DNA of 64,000 nucleotides from Lytechinus pictus (Eukaryota): assembly GCF_037042905.1 (NCBI RefSeq), contig NC_087245.1:10108001-10172000 (forward strand), read 5' to 3'. This document shows, piece after piece, positions 1 through 13,400 of this stretch (the first letter of the stretch is position 1; each line of letters opens with the position of its first letter). The notes below the pieces were generated by a model, which searched no databases, was not told where the DNA came from, and worked only from the letters and a program-made list of their open reading frames with translations. The translations under genes and the position numbers were made by a program.

Positions 1-396
1 ATGTAACACTTTACAGACACTCAAATGCATTTCTACAACAGATCTAAAACTAATCTACAACTACATGTAACATCCTTGAATAAGATATTGATGCATTTTC
101 AACACTTGACTTTAATAGAAGATATCAACAGGTATCAATTATTAGAAGAGAATACAGATAAACTATCAACAAGTAAGCAGTATTTGCCATTCCTTGTATT
201 TTTTTTCACATAGCTTTAAATTCAGCACAGGTTCAAACTTTCTAAACAAATAGACTACTGATGACAATTACCAGATCAATAATTACAATCTGTAATACTT
301 GTTTGCAGAGGTACTTGAAAAAAAATAGAAGTTATTCAATGTTAATTTACGTTTTTATTTGAAGAAATAATTTTCAGTAGTTCATTTGAATGTTAA

Positions 397-1130
397 CCCT
401 ATAGCACCTACATATTCCTATGCATAATGGCAATTACTCACTGGAGGAAACAATAAAACTGGTAATAAGTAGGCATTGTTCCAAACAAATTGAAATATTT
501 TTTTATAAATTTACTTTTGTTCATTACAAGTTATATTTATTTTGTAGCATAGGACCTGTTGAATAGAATGGTACATGGCAAAGTTCAATCAGATGTACGA
601 ATATTGACCTTTGACAATCGTTTGCAGAGCGAGAAGAAAAAAAAACCAAAAGTTCGGGTTTCAGCCGCCCCAGTCCCCCGCCTTCAAAAAAATGTAAAGT
701 ATCACTGACAGAATACTAAAGTTTTCGCCAAATCTTGGATCAAATATGTCAAAAATTAATTCCAACTTACATCTAGATGTCACTCTGTGTGATATCCAAC
801 GTTTTGATGAACATATAGCAAGGCCCGAGCTTCTTCGGCGAAGTAAGTGGTTTTCCGAGACATGGACGCAGCCATCTTTGCTGAGATCGACTGCGCAACA
901 GTCTGGAACTTGCTACACACCGATGCATGTCAATCGGTTTTTCTCTATTATACTCAATAGGAGCATACACTTTTCTATGCAGATCTATGTAGCAGCCAAC
1001 CTATACGGTATGCACACGCAATATTACCACGGTAAATCATAGACAAGAGATACTATAGCGCAAAGAAAACGTACGGGCGGTTCAGTGTGTAATAGGAGGG
1101 GCGGTCTCGGGCGGTTCAGGTGCTAAAGGG
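397..1130. mobile_element. piggyBac-like non-autonomous element (intronic)
   Basis: TTAA|CCCTATAGCACCT ... AGGTGCTAAAGGG|TTAA: 13-bp TIR with one mismatch, CCC..GGG ends, TTAA on both sides. Confidence 0.5.
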
Positions 1131-1480
1131 TTAAATATTTGAAAAAAAAAGCTGTTTCCAATAAAAAAAATGTATATAATAAACACTACTTTCTATTTTG
1201 CTTATGATGTTTATTTTATATTTCTTTTTTTATATTCCCTTTTTCCATCTCATTTTCTTATCCAATTGTCATATCTTATTGAGTATTAGTAATTAATTTG
1301 TATGTACATGTATGTGTGTGTGTGGGGGGGGGGGGGGTGGCATTATAAACCAATGCCACTTTTAGGTTTCCGTCAAAACAACACTGATTCTCAGCAGATG
1401 AAACATAAACAGACAGTGAAGTAATATGCCAGAAAATGAGAAAAGAAACAAGTCAACATTAACATGGTTTGACCTCTCAC

Positions 1481-4400
1481 CTTTCCCAGAATGCACAGAG
1501 TCTGCTTTGATGGAACCTTGTGTAGAGGAGGACTTCTTGGAATAGGTCACGCTCCGTCTAGTATCAGACATCTTATCACGGCTGGACTCAACAGGTTCAG
1601 ACATAGGTAGGTCAATGACCCCTTGACCCAGTTTGACTGACCTATCAACAGTCTTTGTCTCGTCTCCATCGCCCTCAGATAGAAATTCATCTGGAAAAAA
1701 GGATGATTTTGAAAGGATTATATTTCTATTACTTAATTCTCGAATTACTGATTCTTAATTATTGCATCTTTTCCCAAAAATATAGAAGTTAACATTATCA
1801 ATGACCTTTCTATAGTAAATAGTATTGTATTTTTTATAAACTGACAGTATGATATAAATTTTCAAAATTAAATACATACATGTAAAAAAATAAAATAAAA
1901 CCAATGCCTTAGAATGACCTACAATAAATAACTGATTCAAAAGTATTCTCCAACATTCTCCCGCAGGATACAATAGTAGTTGGCAGTCAGAGGTTAATGG
2001 ATATATGTTACTATGTTAACTCTGGGCTCTGTATTACAAAACACACAATTCCTTGTAAAAGTTTAAGTCTTTGGAAATCTATATACTAAAAGTTACAATG
2101 AATACGGATCTATCTTTTACATCACAGAGCACACCCTTTTAAAATAAATATATTGTGCTGTGAGATGGGTGGTTATGTGGACTTGATATTCACTGTACTA
2201 AATGAATCAAAAGTGAATAATACATATACTGTACAAGAGCACTAACAAATTGGTCATGTACAAGAAAATGAACCTCACATATGAACAAATGGTATGGATA
2301 TATCCTACACTGGCGTTCTTATTGATTTGTTCCCTTGTGTTTTGCTCAAAAGTATAATTGAATACTCCTTTGCATACATTTTCAACAATCATTATTGACT
2401 TAACCCCGTGTGCACCCTTTATTGGCCGGAACATGGTAGATATTTCATTTGTGAAGAGATAATGATGATGAGATTGGAAGATCAATGCATGTACATGTAA
2501 AATGTAAGAGTTACTCTTATTCTGGTCCCAACTGACTGAAAATTAAACTCTAACATCAAATTCTGCCAATATCAGTATTTTTCATTAAGGAGCACTTGAT
2601 TTTGACTGGCAACTGAGCAATGTTACTATGGTAACATTGACATATTTAGCAGATTTATCTTAATCCTTATTTTACTGGAACTATAAACATGAGATACATT
2701 TTATGTTCACATGAGTGATAGTATGTCTTCATTACATTTGTCAACAACATGCACAATGTTAGAATACACTTCAAACATTAAAAGCATCAGCAAATTCAAA
2801 TTCAGCTAAAATGGGGGAAAACAAATACCTTATAACAGTACAGTGAAATGTGCAGTTAATAATAAATGCAATTTGATTACATACAAGGTATAAACAAGCA
2901 AATCTACACATTGCGTACTGTACAAAATGACATGGAGTACAGTGATGGGATCAAATTTGACTAGCACAAGGTGATGTTGACAATATCGATGATCTTTGAT
3001 ACCAAGTTTGATGAAGAACACAAGGGGCTTGATGATGCTATGGTAAGCCACTACAAAATTTGCTTTATGTACTTTTCCTTCTTGGGTCTGTTGCCTGCAG
3101 AGGTCCAGCCTTTTCTTTGAGTGAGTGCTTCCATTTCCTTTTCCACTTCTTGAGGTAGTCCTCTGGTTTTCGTTGCTTGTAGCTAAAGACCGTCATGGAC
3201 AAACCCAGACCTGACTGAAGTTGATTAGCACTGTCTTCCAGATCAGATTCACTATCATCATCTTCACCCATATCAGTCTCAATGATATGGTCAATGCCAT
3301 CTTCTATGACAATGTCAATGATACCCTCAATGACAAAGTCAATGACAATGGTTTCAAGAGAGTCCTTAAAGACACTCTCAATGACATCCCCTAGGACACT
3401 ATCAAGGGCATTCTCAATTGAAGCAGGGATGTAGGTGACCTCAACATCGATGGCAAAAGGAGCATCCTCATCACCATCAGTGGATACCACTCTGTTGCTC
3501 TGCTGATCAAGGTCGCTCTCATCTTCAATAACACCATCACCAAGAACAGAGCCTTCCATATTGCTTCCAATGTTCATGTCATTGTTTTGTCTCCCTTTAT
3601 TGTCATTTTCCCTGACATCTTTCACAGTTTCTCGGACCTGCACAGCTTCTTCGCTGACAAATACATGGTACTTGCATTTGTCATCGCGATCCATTTCTGC
3701 AAGTTTTCCTGCGCTGCTTTGATTCTGAGTAAATTCTTTACATTTTGTCTCACCAAATGAGACTTTTTTGACACGGCTGTTTCCCCTACCATCTCCTTCA
3801 TTGCCATCTTGCTCTTCAGCGATTACTTCAATGTCGTAATCATGTTCCTGATCAATATCCTGGTCGAGGCTGCTAAAGGTAGGAGCAATCGCTCCAATAG
3901 TACGGACAAAGATGCTCTCATCGTCACTCGAATCAAAGCTTGCATTAGTAACAACATCTTGAGAGGAAGAAACAGAGGGCAGAGAGGCAGGGACTAAAAT
4001 AAACAGGAAGAGATCATGCAGTTAGTATTAGAATCAAGCAAGATTAGTAAAAACAATACAGAGAAGCAACAAAGTGTGTTCAGAAGAAAATGTACAGGCT
4101 CCTATTAAGAAACAAGATAAGATAGTTTAGAAATTATAATCTTTAAGAAATGAAAATGAAAGAGAGTGAATAGCCCAAGATAAACCCAAGATGCAGAAAA
4201 TAATAACAAATAAGATCCACTCTTTTGGAAAGAGTCTTCATTTCAAAGTATGAAAACTGTAATTTTCTCTCGATCCCCCCCCCCCTGCTGCATACAGAAC
4301 TGTAAAGTTGTATACCACAAGGCGAGAATGGAGCTTTAATTGAGACATCGCTTTCCATATGTGACCAAACCGAACTTTTTTTGGTTTTAAGTCCTTGTCC

Positions 4401-7400
4401 TATGAGTTATATAGATAACATCACAAGGAAAATCTTTGAGATCCTTCTTGGATCCTAGTTATGAAAAATTATTCTACTGATAATACTGTGCTGTGCTTGA
4501 AAATCTATGTGGTAAGGAGAATTACAGATGAGCTCATCGAAACTCTTCAAAATATTAAGGAGTATAATTTGAAGTCACTCATGATCAATTATTTTTATTG
4601 TTGGGGAGGGGTGTATTTTGAAGCATGCAAGGCTGTTCAACTCATATATGAATTATTGAAATTATTATATGAAAATTCTTCAGTAATAGGTGCTTTTCTG
4701 CACTTTGGATTGTTATGGTCTATAATATTAATTACACCAATTTGACACCGAGGAATTCACAAGGGCAATGTGCATATTAGCATGCATCCATAACCGTGCT
4801 ACAAAACAAAACCAATGTGTGGTGCTTGTTAGAGTTGAATTAAAGATAAACCACAGTCTGAAGCCAATACCAGTTATATTAGAATGTGCTTCGTCTTCAT
4901 CGGGAGACCCAGCTACATTGTCGGTTGAGCCAACGTCTGACGTTTCTTGATTGATATCTGTTTCATTTGTTTGCTGAGGATCTGGCTGAGGATCAGGTGT
5001 GGGTTCTCCAGGAACCTCCAAGGATTCAGAAGGTTCAATAGACACCGAGGCTATTGAAGGGGGTTCCTGGGTGGACTCAACTGGACTTGCAACTGCTTAA
5101 GTCAAAGATAGGGTGGAATGAAAGAGGTACTTCAAAGACAGAAAAAGAAAGGTCGTAATAGCTATATACACCAAAAGAAAGCCACAAGAAATAAATAAAA
5201 GTTGGATGAGTTGCAAAATGAATTTGCATTGCATTGAAATTTCTGAAAATGGAAGATAGTAAAGACTTTTAAGAAAGTGAGGAAATATAATTTTTGGAAA
5301 TAATTCTGATGAATGCTATCTCAATAAAAGATTTTAAAGGAATATCAAAAGAAACCATGTGAAAAAAAGGAAAAGTTGAATGAGTAGAAATTATAAGACA
5401 AATTTGTATTGGGTTGTAATTAAATAAAGTAAAAATAAAAGAAAAGATAAATCATGAAATCTTCAAAAAATGAAGAAAATATTCTTGATGATTACTATCA
5501 TGATGGCACAATAGTACATTATTTTACGCTTTTGAATTCCCACCCCCCCAAAAAAAAAAAAATTCACTGTAAATTGCATTGAATATACAGGCATAAGTCA
5601 GAGAGATCATTTATAGTAAATCAACAGTATACATAGAGCAAAGTTAAAATCAGAAGATTAAGACTAATGCATTGCATATGCACATGAATCCTAAAGAAAA
5701 AAAAATACTTTTTTGTCTGAAGCATAATCAAACATGCTGTCTACCTGCAGAAATATCTCTATTGCTAGCTATACAAGAATTCTCAACCTAACAGTTTGAA
5801 GCATTAAAATAAGATCTTACCCTTATCAGCTAGGGAGCCGATGGAGGGGGCATAGGTGCTTCCCTGCTTTGATCCAGTGATTAGTAAGTCACCTCCAGAA
5901 TCACCAAACAGGACGCTACCATGGCTGCTCTTCCCGCTACCCTTGTAAGAACGCATGCTTTCCCGTAGACGTGTAGGTACAGAACCCGCAGCACGGAAGT
6001 TGAGTGCTTTCTCAACAGGACTGGCTAGGTTCTCCATGCTGTGGCTCAGGTGACTGTTGATAGAAAGAGCTACATTGCTTTCTCCAGATCCTGAGAAATA
6101 AAAAAATAAAGAAATCATGATTGAGCAATGAGCCTATGAACTAGGAAGGAGCAATGATAAGAAATAGACATATAAATAATAAGTGATAATGGCATAAACA
6201 AGAATAATTGCTAATGAATAATACCCTACAAGAATGAATGAATGAATAAACAAGAATTATTGATTTGCTTAATATCATTTACATGTACAATTTCTCTTAT
6301 TCTATGAATAACTCTAATACCTTTGAAGTAAGCTAATTCCTCCAAATGTATTCAGTATTTTTTTCACAATCAGTATGAACATAAAGAAGAAATTCACAAT
6401 ACTTACCTTTACTTGCTTTGCTAACTGCACTGTTTTTAGAAGAAGCTTTCTTTGAGGACCCCTGGTTTGAAGACCGTGGACTCTTTGTCCATAATTCTTG
6501 GTCAGATGATGCCCTATCGTTTTCAATCTCTTCTCTCTCAGCTTCTTGGAGAAGGTCGTTTTCATTGATGTCAGCTTTCCAAATGTTTGTCTCAGATGAA
6601 GCTGTATTTGAATAAGAACTTACTAAATTACAAAGTGATTTTATATCACTTCATTTAATGTTTTAATGGCAAAAAGAAGCTGCTGAAAACTGCTTATCTA
6701 ATAAAAGAGAGCCAATGGAGTAAATTAGAAAGTAAAAAAGGGGCCTAAGCTTTCGATCCTAGCAGAATCTTTGCCTCCGACGAGGATTCTGCTAGGATTG
6801 AAAGCTTAGGCCCCTTTTTGACATTTAATGTTTTCTCATAATTCATTACTAAATGATAAATATCCATTATTATCAAATTAATTTTTCCCTCTTAATTGTT
6901 AAGCACTTACAGCTGTGGAAAAGGAAAGGAATTATCATTTTTACTGAGATTGTAACAGCTGCATACAACTTGTGAATGTTTAAAACATTTACCATTTAAG
7001 GCCCATGTAGCATTGCCTCTTTAAAAAAAAAAAAACTGCTTATAAAGCAAAGATTCAATTTATAACATTATTCAAGGTTATGATGTGATACATAGGACAC
7101 TTTATTATATTATCATGAGAAAGCAGCTTGCAGACATAAAACTTAATTTCATTAAAATGAAGATCTTTAGTATCATACTTTTACAGGTATTAAACAATAT
7201 AATCTTTTATTTCAATATTTATATATATGTATATCAACCTACACTTATATAGTTTATGATGAACAGAAGTACATTTTCAAAGAACTTACAATGAGTACTG
7301 CTTTTTGAACGTGTTTTACTATGACTTGACCATCCCACCGACAGTTTACTCTTTGCACTGAGCTTTGGGTGTTGTGGTGTGGGTGGTTCCATTGTGATGA

Positions 7401-10400
7401 CAGGGGGTCCAGTGCCCTGCTTTGGTGGAGGAACTGGCCTCATGAAATCTCCACCACCGCCTACATTCCCTTCAAATGAGTTCTGGATGGGTGGGAGGGG
7501 CTGGATTCCAGCAAAATTTGAAGGGTAGGTGTGGTACATGCTGTTCTTAGCTCTTCGCTTAGAACCTTTGAATGTTAAAAAAAATAGAAAGTAACAAAAT
7601 AAACAATGACTGATAAAACATAATTAATATCTCATATGAGTTTGGAGGATGTATTTTCACAGAAGAGAACAAGCAAAGAAAGGCAATATAGGAGATGCTG
7701 ATTCACTTTCACACAGGAGCATAATGTCAAAGTTTAGAAATGGTTGATGTTGCGGAAAAGGGGTAAGAGAAAAAATTCAATCAATGAGCTTATCCTCTAT
7801 ATTAAGGCATTAATCATCATTATACAATATTCATCAGATAAGAACAAAAGCTGCTAGTCTGAAGGTAATCGACTGAAAACAATTAAATTAACATGCCTGT
7901 CCTGAATGCAATGGCAGCTTTATTTCATCTCTTTCTTAATTTTCTATGTAATACTTTGTTAACATTCATATTTCAATTACATTCAATGAACATTCATTTG
8001 CAGCATCAAATGAACTTGATATAAAGCAAGGTAAGGAATAGCAATCATATGCTTATAAACTCAGCTGAACATATTAAACCCAACAAAATCAAATCAAATC
8101 TAATGATAAAAGGGGGTGACATACCCTGACGCCATTGAGAAGGTGAAGTTGAAGGTGGGGGTGCTGGTGGTTTCATTGTCTTGCTTCTCATTGACCTATA
8201 CATGTCTAAGATGGTCTGATCTGTGAATGCAGTTGAGCCACCAATGATGTTGGTTGAGTTGCTTGTTATAAGATTCTGCAAAGCAAATCATGAAACAAAA
8301 TAAGACAAATTCTGAATTAGATACTGATCTCATAGGCTATTTCTTTTAAGTCACACTAAGAGAAAACTTTTGTCAAATCCAACAAACAGCATTGGACTTC
8401 TTCATTGTAACTTTAAAACAATTTTTTTTACAACCCTTTACCGAGGCATTTATCTTTTCCAATCCATCCCATCCAAAGGTCATTTTGATATACATGTAGC
8501 GCCTTTTATTTCGGTGACAAAAGAGGTGCGCACATACTACTCCAAGTATGGGCTACTAAAACAACAATTAAATACCTCAGAATGGTCAGCTTAGTCCATG
8601 CAATTCATTGTCCTCTTTAGCAAAATAGACGATATTCAATAGCTTTGTTGAATTGCACAACAGAGGAGGCTTTCATTTTCACTGATTGGTAGTCTTTATG
8701 TTTCATCAAGCAAATGTCTTTGTGCTAATTAATGAAATTGCTTAGAATAGTTTTTCATTTATGTTTTTGAAAGCACCATGGCATGTTATATGCATGGCGA
8801 GTCTAAAGGAACCTTATTAGAACCACCACCGGTATATTGTTTAGTTGTATGTGGGTCTAGTTTGCAGGATCAAGTTACAGGGAAGAAGCTCCTAAGTTGT
8901 CCAGCTTTCCCTCACTCATCTTGTGAATTTTCCACTTCTACTTGAATAGCTACATCTTTGACAAGAATGAATGATTGACTTACTGCAATGGCTTGTTCCA
9001 TATCAACATCTTGTGCATCAGGAACTTGGAAGGATGGACTACCATAGAGTGTCATGTCCGTGTCTGTTCTCCTCTGTTTAGGCTGGCCCTAATAACAACA
9101 ATAAATATAACAATAATGGTATCATGATAGACATAGTCACGATGATGAGGATGATATCAATTATAGTATTATATGACTATCCGCCAAAAAAGGCAACAAT
9201 TAGTCTCCATGCAAGGTTTTCTGTAAATGGCTGAAAGAGTAATTTGGCCTTTAAAAATAAATATTTAGGAAGTTAAATCAAAAGGACAAACTCTTTTTCT
9301 CCACAAAGGTCTCAAATTTAACCAACATATAGGATGTTTTTATTTTAGATTACTTTTGTTTCTGAGCTGCTGAAATATTCATCAAGTTTGAACAATAACC
9401 ACTAGTCAAACCTTTTATCCTTAAAGGTCTCACTGAAATTCTTCTGAATCAAGTGCTTGTCTGTCTTATTGTTGATCAGTTTTGACAAGCTATATACACA
9501 TGTAGTTTTAAAGCTTAGGAACTTCCTTTTCAAACTTATAAAAAAATCTCTAAGTTCATTTTGGCTAACTTGTGAATTTTGGGGCAGACTGCCGTATAAG
9601 AAAAAGCAGTAGGTGATAAACATACCGAAAGAAGTGGCATTGGACGTTTGCCACTAGAATCAGCAGAATCTTTCTCTCCATCTTCCGTCTCTGTTTTCTT
9701 CTTTTCATTCTCTTCTCGTATCATTCTGAGATGTTGCTGCTGATGGAGGGCACTCTGCAATAGCAGTCTCTGAAGAACCTGTCATTAATTTTGAATCATT
9801 TTTTTGGGGGGTGTATTTATCTCTCCTTTAACCCATCAAATACATTTTGCACCATGTTTCTTGATTGATTGATTGATAACGAATTTATTCATTCCAAAAA
9901 TTTCAACAAGGTTACAAAGTAAAGCAAAATATAATATAACATTATGAAATGAAATAGAAACCTTCTGAAAAGCAAAGCTTGTTGTTGAAGGTTTCCTTCA
10001 ATAAATAAGACATATTAATGCAAAAAACAAAGTTCAATATATATATAATATACAAATCATATCTTTCTTGTTGAAGTTCAAAATATATATAATACACAAG
10101 TCATCATATCTTTCTTGTAGAAAATAATATGTAAATCCTTGTTAAATATTTTTTTTACATATTCTCCCAAGTAAAAGATAAACAAGGCTGGATTATATTA
10201 CAAGATATGAAGAAAAATTCTTATCAATGACAACTGCTACATATATGACAGAAACTGCTCAAAGTCATTGAACAGTCACACTTAGAGAATGTAATACACA
10301 TTACAATAAATCAATTGATATTGATTATGATATTGTGTTTAAAAAATAATTGAAAGATAAAATATAACACACTGATAATGCTATTTCTGCTATGTCCACA

Positions 10401-13400
10401 CTTATATTAAAGGGGGTGGAAATACTGATGCTTATGAATGGTGCATAAATATCTTTTACAATGGATAAAACTCACTAACCTCTAGCTTTTAATTGACAAA
10501 ACTCACTTAACTTTGTTTTATAAAAAAAGATGAATACATTCTTAGACTAATCATTGCTATAATTCCAACATTTACAATATCAGTGGTACATGCAATTTTT
10601 CTTTAATGTGAATGACACCGGGTATAACATACCTGTCTCTGTTGGCCTTCATCCAGTTGTTCATACTGTACAGCATGTGGTTTCTGCTGCATGTCACGTA
10701 CAATCATAGCGATTGAACCTGGCAAGTTGAAAGGTTTCTTCTTCTTGGCCTTACTTCCATTCTCAGTGACATCTACATCAGCGTCATAGCCATCATCATC
10801 ATCGTAGCCCCCTAAAAAAAGATACCATTCAATAGATACGGTAAGACATCAAGTTTATAATTTCTAGATTCTGAGAATAAATAAATAGATTTGTCACTAC
10901 ACTATGCAATGCAAAACATAAAGCAATATAGCATAAATAATTCAAACTCAAAGTTAAGAGCATATATGAACAAATTGAGGCAAATGTAGAGCAATTCTGC
11001 AAAATAAAAGGAAATATTATACATTTAGAAGCTCTAGCAACATACTCTCTTATCATACATTAGCAACAAAATTTTCACAATTTTGAATTTTCCATTAATT
11101 GACAATGACACAACAATGAAATGCAAATAAAATATGAATAAAAGCATCATAATAGAATCACTTTGAAAGGTGGTGCAGCGGTCTTAAGACTTAAGTACTG
11201 AACAGGAAAAAAATGCTACATACAAAGAATAAAAGCTGTGCATTACAATGATTGCATTGAAGTAATTGGTTTGCTGCAGTAAAAAGTCAAATACATGCTC
11301 ATCCATAAAGCACATGCAACAACTGCTGTACTAAATTTAGTCCAGAATCTGATTCTCATGATTCCACATATTGCAAGCCGAATAAGGCATCATATGAACG
11401 GTATACATGTGCCCCATTACACCAAGCATACATTTTAAGTTTTGGAAAATGTTGCCAAAATGGGTGCAAAACTCAAGGACAATAGAGTAAAAAAAAAGAA
11501 ACTGGAATTATTAGGCCAATGACAAGCATCATAACAAGTTTAAGTGTTATAATGCTAGTTTAATTTTATCTACATCATCCAAACCACAAATTAATCGGCT
11601 TGGACTTGAACTTTTAAGATCAAGAATTTCATAGATAAATTTAGACTGCTTGATCAAGACAGCCATCTGGTAAAATCTAATAACCATTTCTTTGATCTTA
11701 ACTTGATGTGAACTGACTGGACATGGTTGCAAATCTATCACCAATTCTGAGCAAACTAGAATTGCAGTAATGGACAAAATAAAATCTTTTATTGAACCAC
11801 ATACATCAAAAAATTTCTAGGATTGGGTAGACCTTTGGTAATCAAAGAGTGAAGGAGTCTGGTGTAATGGGGGTTATTGAACAAGGGTTCATTTTTAGAT
11901 TCAAAACTTTCACGAAGAGTAATTCAGATAAATGGGGATAATAAATCATTAAAATGGAGTGATTTTCACTTGGTTGAGATAACTGGAAGATAAATTGACA
12001 GATTCTGGACTACATTTCTTAGTATTTTGGAAGCAAACATGAAGATACAACTTCTGAAGGTTTCCAAGGTGAAAAAGATGTAGTGTAGTGGTTTCATACA
12101 TGTAGTAACCAAGTATTTTTTTATTGGCATGTATTGATCCTGAAGAAACCAACCAAACTCAAAGTTTTGACAAGTGCGTTCTTTTCATCTTCAGGAGACG
12201 ACAGAATACATGGTGTACAGTGAAACCACTACACTCAAACATGAAGATACATATACACATAATTTATCATATCCATTCCTTACACAATCTGTCATAGATC
12301 TCATCCAGTGTTAATGCATGACCATCTTTGATGTTACATTTTAAGAATAAAGTTTGAAAAACATTAATGATCACATGATATATATGTACCATGAATTCAT
12401 TTCAGTTGCTCTTTAGTAATAAACATTTATGATCCTGTACCCCTGCTGCACCGGATTTCCAAAGTAGTAGCAGGGCGCCCCGAGACCAGTTTCAGGCAGG
12501 TATCTAATCCAGTGTTAATGCATAAACCTACCCAAGACCCCTTCTGAGCAAACCTATCTCGGACCACCTCACGATGTGTTCTGAGACTGCTTTAGATTCG
12601 GTGTATACGCAAACCTGCCCGAGACTGGTCTGAGACAGGTTCGCTTAATGCGCTACACGTGGAACGATTATCCAAACAACAAACACAGTGCCCGCTTGGC
12701 ACCCTGCCAAACCTTTCTAAGAAAGCTTCATGGTAAGTCAGTGTAAACGCATAGAAAACTGTCTCGGTGCGCCCCGAGACTCGTTACGATTTTGGTGTAA
12801 TAGGGGGTCATAAATTTAGGTCAACTTTTTGGAAACCAGTCTCCGGGCGCCCCGAGACTGGTCTCGGGTAGGAAATCCAGTGTAACAGAACTCACAATTT
12901 TCAGAGATCTGAAAGATAATTTCAAAATACATGTTCCATGATTTGAATCAAACATGGGCCTTACAATGGAAGTGTTATTGCCCAAAATATAGTGATCTTG
13001 GGTTTCATTTGCAACATTGAATTTAAACTGGTGTTGATTACTTATTGAAATATTAATGCTTCATACAGGCAAGTGGAAAAAGGGGATGGGGTCATTGGAG
13101 TTCCCTGACTGCACAGAGTAAAATTTATGTCTCTTCAAATGCAAGATCCAAAACATTACAAATCCAACTTATACAGTTCTCAAATTCTTTCACATACCAT
13201 CATCATTAACAATAGGTCTACAATATAAGTTACTTATTTTACAATAATAAAGGAATTGATTAAAGAAATGAACACAATTTTTTCTCTCCTTTTTTTTTTT
13301 TTGGGGGGGGGGAGGTAATTATCACATATTATGCCCAAACTCCAAGTAAAGGACCATATAGAGCTGTAACACTCTCTAAATAGTAGCCTTACACAATATG

